A DNA stretch of 64,000 bases from assembly GCF_004010195.1 (NCBI RefSeq), contig NC_057710.1:95132381-95196380 (forward strand), in the 5' to 3' direction. The translations under genes and the position numbers were made by a program. Under the pieces are notes generated by a model. It was not told the origin of the DNA. It worked only from the letters and a program-made list of their open reading frames with translations, and ran no database searches. Of this stretch, positions 47,801 through 59,593 are shown one piece after another. Positions within the stretch are counted from its first letter, which is position 1; each line of letters begins with the position of its first letter. The DNA is from Chiloscyllium plagiosum (lineage: Eukaryota).

Positions 47801-48129
47801 GATATGCAACAGCTAGCACAGTATTACTAGATTTAACCAGATTAGTCACAGAAAACAATTGCCACATATTTAATGCTAGTCTTCGATTTCACACAGTTGA
47901 ATTTACAAAAATGGCAGAGGACTTAATTAAGTCAACTTGGTGGTACTGTTAATGCAGGGCAATTACCTATATAACTGCAGAATGGATTTTTTTTACAAAG
48001 CATATAATACAAAAATAAAACGCTGTACATCACTGATGTTACAAAAAGGACACATCTTTAAAAACAAGATCAATGGTGACTAGTCAAATGCAGGGACAAA
48101 TCAGACTTAAACTTTTATAGACTTAACAG

Positions 48130-48810
48130 TAAAATCCCTCAGGACACTCATGATAGAATTTGTACTAAGCTTAAAGGCAACAAAAATTGTTACCAGAGAT
48201 GGCTGGAAATCAGTAAACCTGAAGCACATAAGAGGTCCCAAATCAGATTGTGTTACTGATCCACATTGCATTTACACAAGGCAGCTAGAAGAAATAGGAG
48301 CTGTGCTCAGTGGGCTTCTTACTTATATATTTGATCATTTCTTCATTTCTGGCATCATTCCTAATAACTGGAGAGTTTCACTATATCAACATTTAAAAGC
48401 ACCAAAAGGTCAGGACATGGAAATTGTAGGCTTATTTGCTTGAAGTCAGTTATAAGAATATTTTTATAAAGGATCATTAGTAATATTCTATATAACTACC
48501 TTGACAGAGGAGACATTAATAAGAGCAACATGACTTCTGAAAAAAAATGATAATTTTCAATTTAGATGAATTCTTTAAAGATGTTTCTGGTGAATGACCG
48601 AATTCATACGGACATATAGTTGACTTTCAACAAGCCTTTGAGAAGGCTTTTCACAATATGTTATGATAGAAAACAGAGCTATATAGAGGACAGATCTGGA
48701 TTAGATAGGGAATTGGATATATTCTCTTTGGCAAAGATTTGTCATTAATTGGGGTGGCTGTTCATGGGTACAGATTGCCAGTGCAGCCAGTTTAAGTATC
48801 CTGACCAAAT
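48130..48810 (+). mobile_element. Very old CR1 RT fragment
   Basis: ORF 48150-48443: LEEIGAVLSGLLTYIFDHFFISGIIPNNWRV; later DFQQAFEK.FH. Confidence 0.6.
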
Positions 48811-48841
48811 GCTATGCCGCTCTAAACAGTACAGGGTTTAA

Positions 48842-49440
48842 AGTCATAGAGTCATAGAGATGTACAGCACAGAAACACATCTTTCGGTCCAACTCGTCTA
48901 TGCCACCCAGATGTCCTAAATTAATCTAATCTCATTTGCCAGCATTTGGCTATATCACTATAAACCTTTCCTATTCATATATCCATTTAGATGCCTTTTA
49001 AATGCTGCAATTGTGCCAGCCTCCACCACTTCCTCTGGCAGCTCATTCCATACACGCACCACCCTCTGCGTGAAGAAGTTGTCCCTTAGGTCTCTTTTAT
49101 ATCTTTCCCCTCTCACCCTAAACCTATGCCCTCTAAATTTGGACTCCAATACTCTAGGGCAAAGACATTGGCTATTCACCCTATCCATGCCCCTCATGAT
49201 TTTGTAAACTTCTATAAGGTCACACCTCAGCTTCTGATGCTCCAGGGAAAATAGCCCCAGCCTATTGAGCCTCGAACCCACCAACCTTGACCAAATTCTA
49301 GTCAATTTTTTCTGAACCCTTTCAAGTTTCACAGCATCTTTTCTATAGCAGGGAGACCAGAACAGAATGTAATACTCCAAAAGTAGCCAAATTAATGCCC
49401 TGTCCGCAACATGACCTCTCAATTCCTACACTTAATGCAC
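48842..49440 (-). mobile_element. CR1/HER1-type LINE 3' end
   Basis: ORF 48958-49422 (FWSPCYRKDAVKLERVQK..DLIEVYKIMRGMDRV..FFTQRVVRVWNELPEEVVEA). Confidence 0.92.
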
Positions 49441-49874
49441 TTGTGCTGTTCTGCTCAGGTTTTAGGATGTGAATGTGACCTCGCTAGTGCTTGCAACTGA
49501 AAAGGCAAGACATTTAAAAATTCCCCAGTTTCTGTATTTTCACATGTTGGTTGATGTTAAAGCCCTGAAAAATTCAGAATAGGCTGACCAAATTAATTCA
49601 TTTTAAAACTTTTGATTATAATAATGGGGTCAGAAGCTAGATCCTTTTACTGCAGAAAATGTAGACTTAAAGGAGACTTGGATTAAAATATTTAAATAGG
49701 AAAGAGACTAGAAATTGTAAATTTGGAAAGGTTATTTGATAAATTATCATAAACAAGAGTAATGTGTAGAAGTAATGCATGTACATTACTAAACTAGATG
49801 TTAGGAAACTTTACAAATACAGTAATGATAATTGGGATAAATTGATGGTAAATGCAACGGGTATATATTTCTTC

Positions 49875-50628
49875 CAAATAAGCTGCAAATGGCAGAACCT
49901 TTAGAAACATTAACATACAGATGGATCTGGGTGTGCAGGTCCACAGTTCCTTAACAGTGGCTACACAGGTGGCCAAGATGATTAAGAAGGCACATAGCAT
50001 ACTCGCGTTCATCGACCAGGGCATGTCATACCAAGAGTTGGCAAACCATGTTGCAGCTATATAAAACCCTTGTTAGGCCGCATTTGGAGTATTGTGTGCA
50101 GCTTTGGTTGCCACACTACCAGAAGGATGTGGAAGTTTTGGAGAGAGTGTGGAGAAGGTTCACCAGGATGTTGCCTGGTCTTGAGGGCATTGGCTTTGAA
50201 GAAAGGTTAATAAGACTAGGATTCTTTCCATTGGAAAGACAGAGACTGAGAGGAGATCTGATAGAGGTCTACACAATTATGAGAGGCATAGATAGGGTGG
50301 ATAGTCAGAGGCCTTTTCCCAGGGCTGAAGTTTCAATCACAAGGGGGCCCAAGTTCAACATGAGAGGGGGGGAAGTTTAAGGGAGATGTGCGAGGCAAGT
50401 TCTTCATACAGAGAGTGGGAGGAGCCTGAAACACGCTACCAGAAGAGGTGGTGGAAGCAAGCACATTAGTGACATTTAAGATGTCTCTGGATGGTAACAT
50501 GAATAGGGAGAGAATAGAGGGATACAGACTGAATAAGGACAGAAGTGTTTTTTCCATGAGTCAGGACATGATGATTGGAACAGGCTTGGAGGGCCAAAGG
50601 GCCTGTTCCTGTGCTGCACTTCTCTAAA
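49875..50628 (+). mobile_element. CR1 LINE 3' end
   Basis: ORF 50048-50380 (MLQLYKTLVRPHLEYCVQLW.PHY.KDV..LERV.RRFTRMLPGL) and 3' UTR GGGCCAAAGGGCCTGTTCCTGTGCTG. Confidence 0.92.
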
Positions 50629-50980
50629 GGGACTGGAGAAGGGCTATGTAGTTACATACAAAATATGGGTAGGATGTTAGTTAATGTACCTCACGTTCAC
50701 TCTTATCCCTTGGAAATTTTGATTTTTGTTTTTGAGTGGAAGGTGCATTTCCAATACACCATTCCCCTAAATTTCATGGAGGGTTTTAATTATTAAGGTT
50801 TTATGTCTTTCCCAGGTAATTAAATAACTGCTGATGGGATGTATTAGGATAGTCTTATGCTATAATCTAAATGCAACAGAGTTGAATGGAACAGAAGGCA
50901 CTTTTTAACTGTGTGTTTCATTTGTAAGCTCAATGTCTGAGATAAGACATTGTGGGAATAAAAAGAATAAAATGACACTA

Positions 50981-51309
50981 TTCATAGAATTCCTACACAT
51001 GTGGAAGCAGGCCATTTGGCCCATCAGGTTCACACTGACCCCCTGAAGAGCACCCCACCCAGACCCGTGCCCTATCTCTGTAACCCTGCATTTCCCATGG
51101 CTATACCACCTAGTCTGCACATCGCTGGACACTATGGGCAAGTTAGTATGGCCAAACCAACTAACCTGCACATCTTCGAACTGTGGGAGGAAACTTGAGC
51201 ACCCAGCAGACACAAGGAGAATGTGCAAACTCCATGCGTACAGTTGCCCGAGGCTGGGATCAAAAAGCCTGTGAGGCAGCAGTCCTAACTACTAAGCTGC
51301 CATGCTGCC
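50981..51309 (-). mobile_element. HE1-type SINE
   Basis: Same subtype as 30010-30333 on the opposite strand. Confidence 0.88.
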
Positions 51310-51654
51310 ATACTAAAGGTCAACCTTCATTTTAAAAAAAGCATGGAAAGAGATGGATCTTCAATTGATAAAGACCGTGGAGAGATACCTATTGACTCCC
51401 TGCAGAATTCCAAAAGGCTGATGAATGTGATATCAGCACAAGGAGAGTGCTGGTAGGAATTAGTTCTTGCACCATGACAGGGAAAAGGGGCCAGTTGATT
51501 GCTGAGTATCTGCAAATTGGTTAATGACAATTTTATTTTCAAGTTTTAATGTATTATATATTAGTGGTAAAGTTAATACAGTACATAAAAAGCAACATAA
51601 ATAAGTGAATAACATAACTAAATAATGAATCAAAGACTCATTAAGAATGGGTCT

Positions 51655-54600
51655 CAAAGCTGCAGAATGTGGGAGCTCAAGTATATTATTGTGATCCAGG
51701 GAAAACTTATCTGTAGTAAGTGAATTGGAGTGTAGTAAGTGTGTGAATTGGAGTCTGAACTACAGACATTGTGCTGCATCAGAGAAGGGGAAAGATACTT
51801 AGATTCCATGTACCAGGAGACAATCACACCTTGTACGATAGGCTTTCTAATATGGTGACTGGTCAGGGACAGGACGGCATGACTGCAACTAAGACCGTAA
51901 AGAGACATGGAGGACAGGAACACAGGAGTACCAGTCTCTGCAATTGTTCAAGCACAGAGTCATATAGTTATAAAGCACAGAAACAGGCCCGTTGACCAAC
52001 CATGTCTATGCTGACCAACAAACACCGAACTGCACTAGTCCCATTTGCTTGTACTTGGTCTATAGCCAATTATGCCCTTGCATTTTATGTGCTCATCCAA
52101 ACGTTTCTTAAATATTACAAGAGTACCCATCTCCACCACCTCTTCAGTTCCATACTTCTATCTCTCTCTGCATAAATTTTTTTTCAGATGTCTAAACCAC
52201 TTATTCCCCACCTTAAACCTATATTCTCTGGTCTTAGACACATCTGCCATGCAGAAGAAATTCTCATGATATACTCTGTCTATGCTTCTCATAATTTTAA
52301 ATACCTCAGTCAGAACATCCCTCATCTCCATCTGCTCCAGGGAAAACAAACTCAGCCTATCCAGTCTGTACTCCTAACTGAGCCTTTTCATCCCAGGCAA
52401 CATCCTGGTGAATCTCCTCTGCACCCTCTCCAGTGCAATCACATCCTTCCAATAGTCAGGTAACCAGAACTGCACACCATTTTCCACCTGTAGTCTAACC
52501 AATGTTTTATAATGTTTAAACAATAATTTTCATTCCTATGTTCTGTGAAAGCTAATGAAGGCAAGCTTCTTGTATGCCTTTTTCACCTCCCTGTCTCTGT
52601 GCTGACACCTTTAGGGATTGATATACTTGTACATTTTTGTTCGTCAGTACTTCCTAAGGACATTCCATTCATTGTGAATAGCCTTCCCTTATTAGTCCCC
52701 AAAATGCATCACCCCACAACTATCAGCATGAATCACCAACTCCCAAAGCTCTGCTCAAATTAACAGCTAGTCAATATCAAACTGTAATTTGAGACCATCC
52801 TTCTCTCTATCATCCACAAATTTTTGTGTCATCCGCACACTTACAAATCATACCTTCTATATCCTACATTCAAATTGTTAATGTACATATTAAACAGCAA
52901 AGGTCCCAGCACCAATCCTTGTGGCACACAGCAGCTCACAGGCTTCCAATCACAACAACAATCCTCCAGCATCACCCTTTGCCTCCTCTTTTATGCCTGA
53001 TAAAACATCTAACACCTCTTCTTTTATCAATAATTCAATGCCCCGCCTCTCTTACATTCCCTCCATCATGTTGGAAACTTCTATACCCTGGAATGTTGAG
53101 CTGCCAGTCCTGTCCTTCCTTCAACCTTGTCTCAGTGACTGCAGCAGTATCACATTCCCACATGCAAATCAATGCTCCAAGTTCATCCACCTTACTAAAT
53201 AATACCATGTAGCTTTCTGGACCTCCCACATGCCTTATTCTTCCCATGAGGTTCTCCCAGCTGGTTTGACTCAGAGTGGGGAACTGTGGGAGGGAAGAGC
53301 AAAGTGAACCAAGGCACCATTGTACAGGAAGCCATTCGGGAGAGGGAGCCTAAAAGAATGTACTGATATTAGGAGGCAGCACAGTCAGGGGATTGACACT
53401 GCACTTTGCAGCAATGAGTGTGAGCCCAGATGACATGTTATCTGCTGGATATCTGGATTAGAGAACTTGTAATGGGACAGGAAGGATCCTGCCAGAGCCA
53501 CTCATCTACTGACCTCATTACAGCCTTGTTGTGGTCCAAGTAGATGCTAATGGCATAGGTAGAACTAGAAAAGGGGATCTACACAGCCAGTATGAGAAGC
53601 TAGGCATGAGGTTAAGGAGCTGAACTTCAAGGATAATAATCTCTGGATTACGATCTAAACCACACTCAAAATAGGACAGGAGAAACAAGATTACAGAGAT
53701 GAATGCATGACTGAAAAACTGCTGTAAGAGATGTGAGTTTCTGTTCATGGAGTACTGGCACCAATACTTGGGAAAGTGGCCCTTACATCATTGGGACAGT
53801 CTACACACTGACTGTAGTGGGACTGGTGTTTTCATGAACCACATAACTAGGAAAGTAGAGCAGGTTATAAATAAAATAGTGGGGCAAGGATCCAAATTTG
53901 AGAAGTTGTGGTGAATCAATAAGTGGGCAAAATGCAAAAGATGAAGGAATTAACGGTGGAAATGATAAACCGATAATGACAGAAAGGGACAAAGAATTTA
54001 GATCTAAGAGCAGTTAAAGCTAGAGGTTACAAAAATAATAACAAGGGAAAACTTAAGGCATAGTGTTTGAATGCATATCACATTTTGAAAAAACAAAACA
54101 GATGAGCTATTTGAACAATTTGAGATAAGTAAGTATGATGTCGTGACTATTATTGAAACCTAGATTAAGTTCTGGCTATTGAAGGATATGTGACATTTAG
54201 GAAGGAATGGGAAGTTGGGAAATGGTGGAGGAGCTGATCTGTCACTTAAAGATCATATTAGCACAATAGAGAGGGATGATCTAAAGTCAGCAAAACTACA
54301 ATATAAAAGTAATCCGGGTAGAGTTCAGGAATGATAAAGCCAAAAGGTAATTTGTGGAAGGTGTGAACAGACCCCCTGATAGTAACCATATGGTAGGACA
54401 GGCATCAAAGAAGAAACAATGGGGGCTTGTCAAAAGCCTACAGTGGTTATCATAGGAGATTTTGACCTACATATAGACTGGAAAAATCAATCTGAAAAAT
54501 GTAATCAAAATGAGGAATTCATTAAATACTTTTGGGATAGTTTCTTTGAACAGCATGCTATGGCACCAACCAGAAAGAAAGTTGTACTGAACCTGATTTT

Positions 54601-55075
54601 GAGATAAGATTGGATTAATTACTGACTTCAGAGTGAAAGTGGCCCTGGGTAGCAGTGACCATAATACGATTGACTTTTACATTCAGTTTAAGGGATATGA
54701 GTGTGTGCCCAAGACTAATGTTTTGAGGTTAAATAATGACAATTGTGAGGGCATGAAAGCAGAGCTAATGAAATCGAACAGGCAACTTAAATTAAGAGTC
54801 AGATCATTAGAGATGCAGTGGCAAATATTTAAGGAGTTTTCCAGAAACCTCAGAATGGATACATTTCAACAGATAAGAAAAAATCAAGGATGGACCCATC
54901 ATCCATGCTTAGCTAGAATATTCAAAGGTAGTATCAAACTCAAAGAAAAGACATACAATTGTGCAGAACTAGGTAGTAGGTCAGAAGATTGGACAAAATG
55001 TATTCTTAAAAAAATGATTAAAAGCTGAATGAGGAGGGAAAAATTAGAGTTCAAGAGAAAGTTAGCAAAAAAATA
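51655..55075 (+). mobile_element. CR1 LINE 5' portion (ORF1 zinc finger/esterase + ORF2 endonuclease), split by an antisense CR1
   Basis: CRMWEL..ICSK..ESELQTL..IREGERYLDSMYQETITP at 51660-51830; SGNH-esterase-like pieces at 53360-53860; VVIIGDFDLHIDW and LGSSDHNTI.F endonuclease motifs at 54419-54690. Confidence 0.8.
51955..53250 (-). mobile_element. CR1 LINE with internal deletion (endonuclease start fused to RT/3' end)
   Basis: ORF 53035-53247 (KVDELGALI..AVTETRLKEGQDWQLNIPGYRSF), KCADDTK at ~52820-52845, 3' UTR at 51955-52070. Confidence 0.85.
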
Positions 55076-55084
55076 TTGTTGCGG

Positions 55085-55435
55085 CTCTCATAATTTTGAG
55101 AGCCAAGTTATGTTCTGAGGACCAGGTTCAAATCTCACCAGAACGAATGGTGAAATTTGAATTCAATCAAAAATAAATTTGAAATTAAAAGTCGAATGAT
55201 CATCAGAAAATCATTGCTAATTGTCAAGAAAAATCTATGTGGTTGGTTAATGTCCTTTAGGGAGGGAAATCTGCTGTCCTAACCTGATCTAGCCTACATG
55301 TTGACTATTAACTGCCCTCTGAATGATACAACAAGTTGTTTTATTCTATAAACTGCTCAAAAGAAAAAGGGGAAAGAACCTGTACTGAATAGACCAGCCA
55401 ATGATGCCCACATCTTATGAACGAATGAAGAAAAA
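55085..55435 (+). mobile_element. Non-autonomous SINE-like derivative of family B
   Basis: AGGTTCAAATC B-box-like, GTCCTTTAGGGAGGGAAATCTG.. 5' UTR block, CCAGCCAATGATGCCCACATC..GAATGAA tail. Confidence 0.65.
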
Positions 55436-55439
55436 TCAG

Positions 55440-57505
55440 GAAAGCTGTGTTATTGCAAGGGAAGTTGAATGCAAGGTTTATGCTTCAGTTACACAGGGTG
55501 TAATAAGAGTGGATCTGTAGGGTAGTATACTTATAGTAGGATGTTAATGCCATGGAATTGTTTAAGAAAAGGTCTACTGAACTAATGCCTGGCATCAGTG
55601 CATTGTCTTATGAGAAAGGGCTAGACAGAGCAAACCTAAATCCTCTGGAATTTGGAAGACTCAAAGATGATTTAATTAAACATGTAAGGTCCTGACGGAT
55701 CTTGACCAGGTGGATGTGGAAAGGATGTTTTGTCTTCTGGAAGAATCTAGAATGAGGGCTCATGGTTTAAGAATAAGGGGTCATCAATTTTAATTCAGAA
55801 GTGAGAAAAAAATACTCTCAGATGGTTATGAAGCTTTCAAACAGACAAGCTGTTCCATTAGAGTTATAACACTTGCATTTACCAGACAATGTGGATAATT
55901 GCCCAGATATTTCCTGTACATAATAAGCAGGACAAATCCAACCTAGCTAATTCCTGCCCCATCAGTCTACTCTCCATCATCAGCAAAGTGATGGAAAGTG
56001 TAATCAACAGTGCTATCAAGCAGCACCTGTTCAACAATGACCTGTTCAATGGCGTGCAGTTTGGATTCTGCCATGACCACTCAGCTCCTGACCTCATTAC
56101 AGCCTTGGTTCAAACATGGACAAAAGAGCTGAAATCCAGAGGTGAGATGAGAGTGACAGCTTTTGAAATCATGGCTGCATCTGACTGACTATGCCATCAA
56201 GGACCCCAAACAAATCTGGTATCAATGGATATCAGGGGCAAACTCTCCAATGGTTGGAGTTGTACCTAGCACGTAGAAAGATGGCATTGGTTGTTTGAAG
56301 TCTGTCATCTCAGCTCCAGACATAGCTGCAGGAGTTCCTTAGGGTAGTGTACTTGACTCAAACATCTTCAGATGCTTCATCAATGACCTTCCCTCCATGA
56401 TAAGGTCAGAGGTGGGGATATTTGTTGATGATTACACAATATCCAGCACCACTCATGACTCCTGAGATACTGAAAGAGTCCACGTTCAAATGCAAGAAGG
56501 TCTAGACAATATCCAGACTTGACTGACAAGTGGCAAGTAATATTCACATCACACAAATGCCAGGCTATGAACATCACAAATGAAAGACAATGTAATCATC
56601 ACTCCTGACATTCAATGATGTTGCCATCAGTGAATCCCCCACTATCAATATCCTGGGGATTACCATTGACCAGAAACTCAACTGCACTCACCACATAAGC
56701 ACAGTGACTACAAGACCAGCTCAGAGGTGAGGAATACTGCAGAGAGTAATTCACCTCCTGACTCCCCAAAGTCTGTCCATCATCTACAAGGCACAAGTGA
56801 GGAGTATGTTGTAATACCCCCCACTTACTGAAATGGGGGCAGCTCCACCAACTCTCATGACGTTTGACACCATTAAGGACAAAGCAGCCCACTAGATTGA
56901 GACAACATCCACAAATATCCACTCCCTCTAGCACTGATGTCCAGTAGGAGCAGTGTGTACTATCGACAAGATTTACTGCAGAAATTCACCAAAGATCCTC
57001 AGACAGTACCTTACAAACCCATGACCACTTCCATCTAGAAGGATAAGGGCAGAAGGTGCATGAGAACACCACCACTTTCAAGTTCTTGTCCAAGCCACTC
57101 ATCATCTTGACTTGGAAATATTTTGCTGTCCTTTCAATATCAATGGGTCAAAACCCTGGCATTCTCTCCCTCTTGGCATTGTGGGTCAACCCATAGCTGT
57201 GGACTGCAGCAGTTCAAGAAGGAAGCTCGTCACCACCTTCTCAAAGGCAGCTAGAGACGGGCAATAAATGCTGACCTAGCCACGATGTCTGTGTCTTGTG
57301 AAGGAATGAAAGAAATTCACTTCCTCAAAAGGCATTGTAACAGAATGAAAAAATATCTTTGAGGCAGAGGTAGGTAGATATTCCCGAACGAATAATGAAT
57401 TATCGGGACTGTGCAGGAATGTAGAGTTCAGGTTAAAATCAGATCAACCATGATCTAATTGAATATCAGAACAAACATGAAGGGCCAAGTGGCATACTTT
57501 GGTTC
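55440..57505 (+). mobile_element. Old CR1 3' end (55440-55860 and 57315-57505) split by a family B insertion
   Basis: ORF2 C-terminal motifs before the insert and the CR1 3' UTR after it. Confidence 0.65.
55875..57312 (+). mobile_element. Family B LINE, full RT domain to 3' end, decayed
   Basis: ORF 55889-56188 (MWIIAQIFPVHNKQDKSN.ANS.PISLLSIISKVMES..QFGF..HSAPDLITALVQTW), GVP*GSVL, FINDLPS..IFVDD, YKAQVRS. Confidence 0.92.
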
Positions 57506-57569
57506 TGTGTTTGATGGACAGAGAGAGACCTATGTTTAAATACAAAACTCTGCAAAAGTGCCTGGTAAC

Positions 57570-58085
57570 CTCATAGAATCTGGGCTTTTATAAATAAGGG
57601 GAAGAAATTTAAGAACAAGGAATGAGTAATGAATTGATTGGTCAGGATAGACTGAGAACTAAGTTTGTAGCTCTGGGCACTCCATGACTAAAGATCACTA
57701 AAGCAGTGGGGAATTTGCAGCATAGATTCACTGGGACGACGCCAGGGTGAGAATGGATAATTATGAGGAGGGAATTGAGATATTTCCACTTGAGTAGAAA
57801 TGGCTGAGAAGAGAATTAATCAAGTTTTTTTAAAATTAAAAAGTGTTTTTTATTGTGAAATGGAAGGAAAACATTTCCTCTGGCTAGAGTTTCTGTGATT
57901 CAGTATCATCAATTCAAAATTGTCACTAACTGAGGAGGAGAGAGATGAACAGATATTTCTTTACACAGGGCACTGTTCATGAATGGAATGCTTTGCCACA
58001 TTATAGAGAGAATCTCACCTTTTAAAAGAGATTGGATAAAATATTTGAAGCAGAATAATATGCCGTAGAATATGGAGAGAGTGGG
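57570..58085 (+). mobile_element. Old CR1 3' fragment
   Basis: Degenerate LGFINKG.KFKNKE..RFTGTTPG..WLRRELIKFFKI motifs. Confidence 0.6.
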
Positions 58086-59354
58086 GTTCATCCTACACGT
58101 CCTGCATATGTGTGCAACAATATTAACTACTCTCCCCTTCCCCTAATTCTGAAAAAGCGTCACTGAACCCAAAATATTAATTCTGCTTGCTTTCCACAGA
58201 TGCTTTCAGACTTCCTGACTTTCTCCAGCAATTTCTGTTTTTGTTTTGCCTATAGAATGTCTAAAACAAATCTGCACCTACGGCAAGACTTGGTAATTGA
58301 ATTGATTTGGGATCATCCTAGCAGAGAAGTTATAAATAAATGTTGAGCCTAACAGCCTCAGTCTAGCTGTAAAGATCTACTGTAAGTATATCATTGATGA
58401 GGAGAACAATGAAGAGGATCAGGCCATGCAAGAGCAAGAAGCATCCCCACATTCCTGTATCTAAACCCATTTAATGCTAGTCCTAGTGTCACTTCCATTC
58501 TTCTCCACTGCACCAGCTGAAAATGGTGGGTTGGGAATGGGAGGGTGATATATTACGTGATGCTAATTAAGGTTTGGCACTGGATGATTTACAGAGCTTA
58601 AGCTAATGAGAATATATCAGCCTCATCTTGGAGAATGCAGCGTCAGATGCCTTTGGTTTTGCACTTGAAACATTATCTCATGTATGCTCAGTTAAAGAGA
58701 CATGTAAGGAAATCACTCTATATAAGGAATCTGATGTATCAGTTTGGCAATTTACATCTGTGACTGTGTAATCTACAATCCTCATTTGAAGTAATATTAA
58801 ACAAGAGCTATTCTCTGTAGTTGTGAATGAAAATTGACTGAGTCTGGCATCAAGGTGTCCCAGGAAACTAAGTGAATGAGAATCGGGGGATATCTCTCCA
58901 CCAGTTGGAATCATACTTAGCACAAATAAAGATGGTCGTGGTTGTTGGAAGACAGTCATCTGAACTTTAGGATATCTTTGAAGGGGTTTGTTAGGGTAGT
59001 ACCCTAGATCAAACCATCTTCAGCTGCTTCTCCAATGATATTCACAGTATCATACAGTCAGAAGTGGGGATGTTAGCTGATGATTACACAACGTTCTCCA
59101 CCAGTTGCAATTCTTCAGATATCGAAGCAGTCTATGTTGAAATGAAGCAAAACCAAGACAATATCCATGCTTGGACTGACAACTAGCAAATAATATTCAC
59201 CTCACTCGAGTACCAGGTAACAAGCATGTCCAACAAGAGAGAATCTAATATTTGCACCTTGACACTTGATAGCATTACTATCACTGAGTCCCCCCAATCA
59301 AGATCCTCAAGGTTATCAATGATTAGAAATTGAACTGGACTAGCCATATAAATA

Positions 59355-59473
59355 AAAGATCGTGAGATGCTGGAGATTAGAGTCAAAAAATATGTCACTG
59401 GAAAAGCACAGTAGATCAGGCAGCATCCGAGGAGCAGAAGATTCGACGTTTTGGGCATAAGCCCTTCATCAGA
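59355..59473 (-). mobile_element. Short PLE-terminus insertion with hammerhead, ~16-bp TSD
   Basis: TSD ACTAGCCAT(A/T)TAAATA 59339-59354/59474-59489; minus strand begins T-CTGATGA-AGGGCTTATGCCC-AAAACGTC (G12 mutated). Confidence 0.85.
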
Positions 59474-59593
59474 ACTAGCCATTTAAATACTGCCACAACA
59501 AAATCAGGTCAGAGACTATAAATCATGCCATGAGTGACTGACTCACCAAAGCCTGTCCATCCTCCATAAGTCACAAGTCAGGAATCTGAAGGA

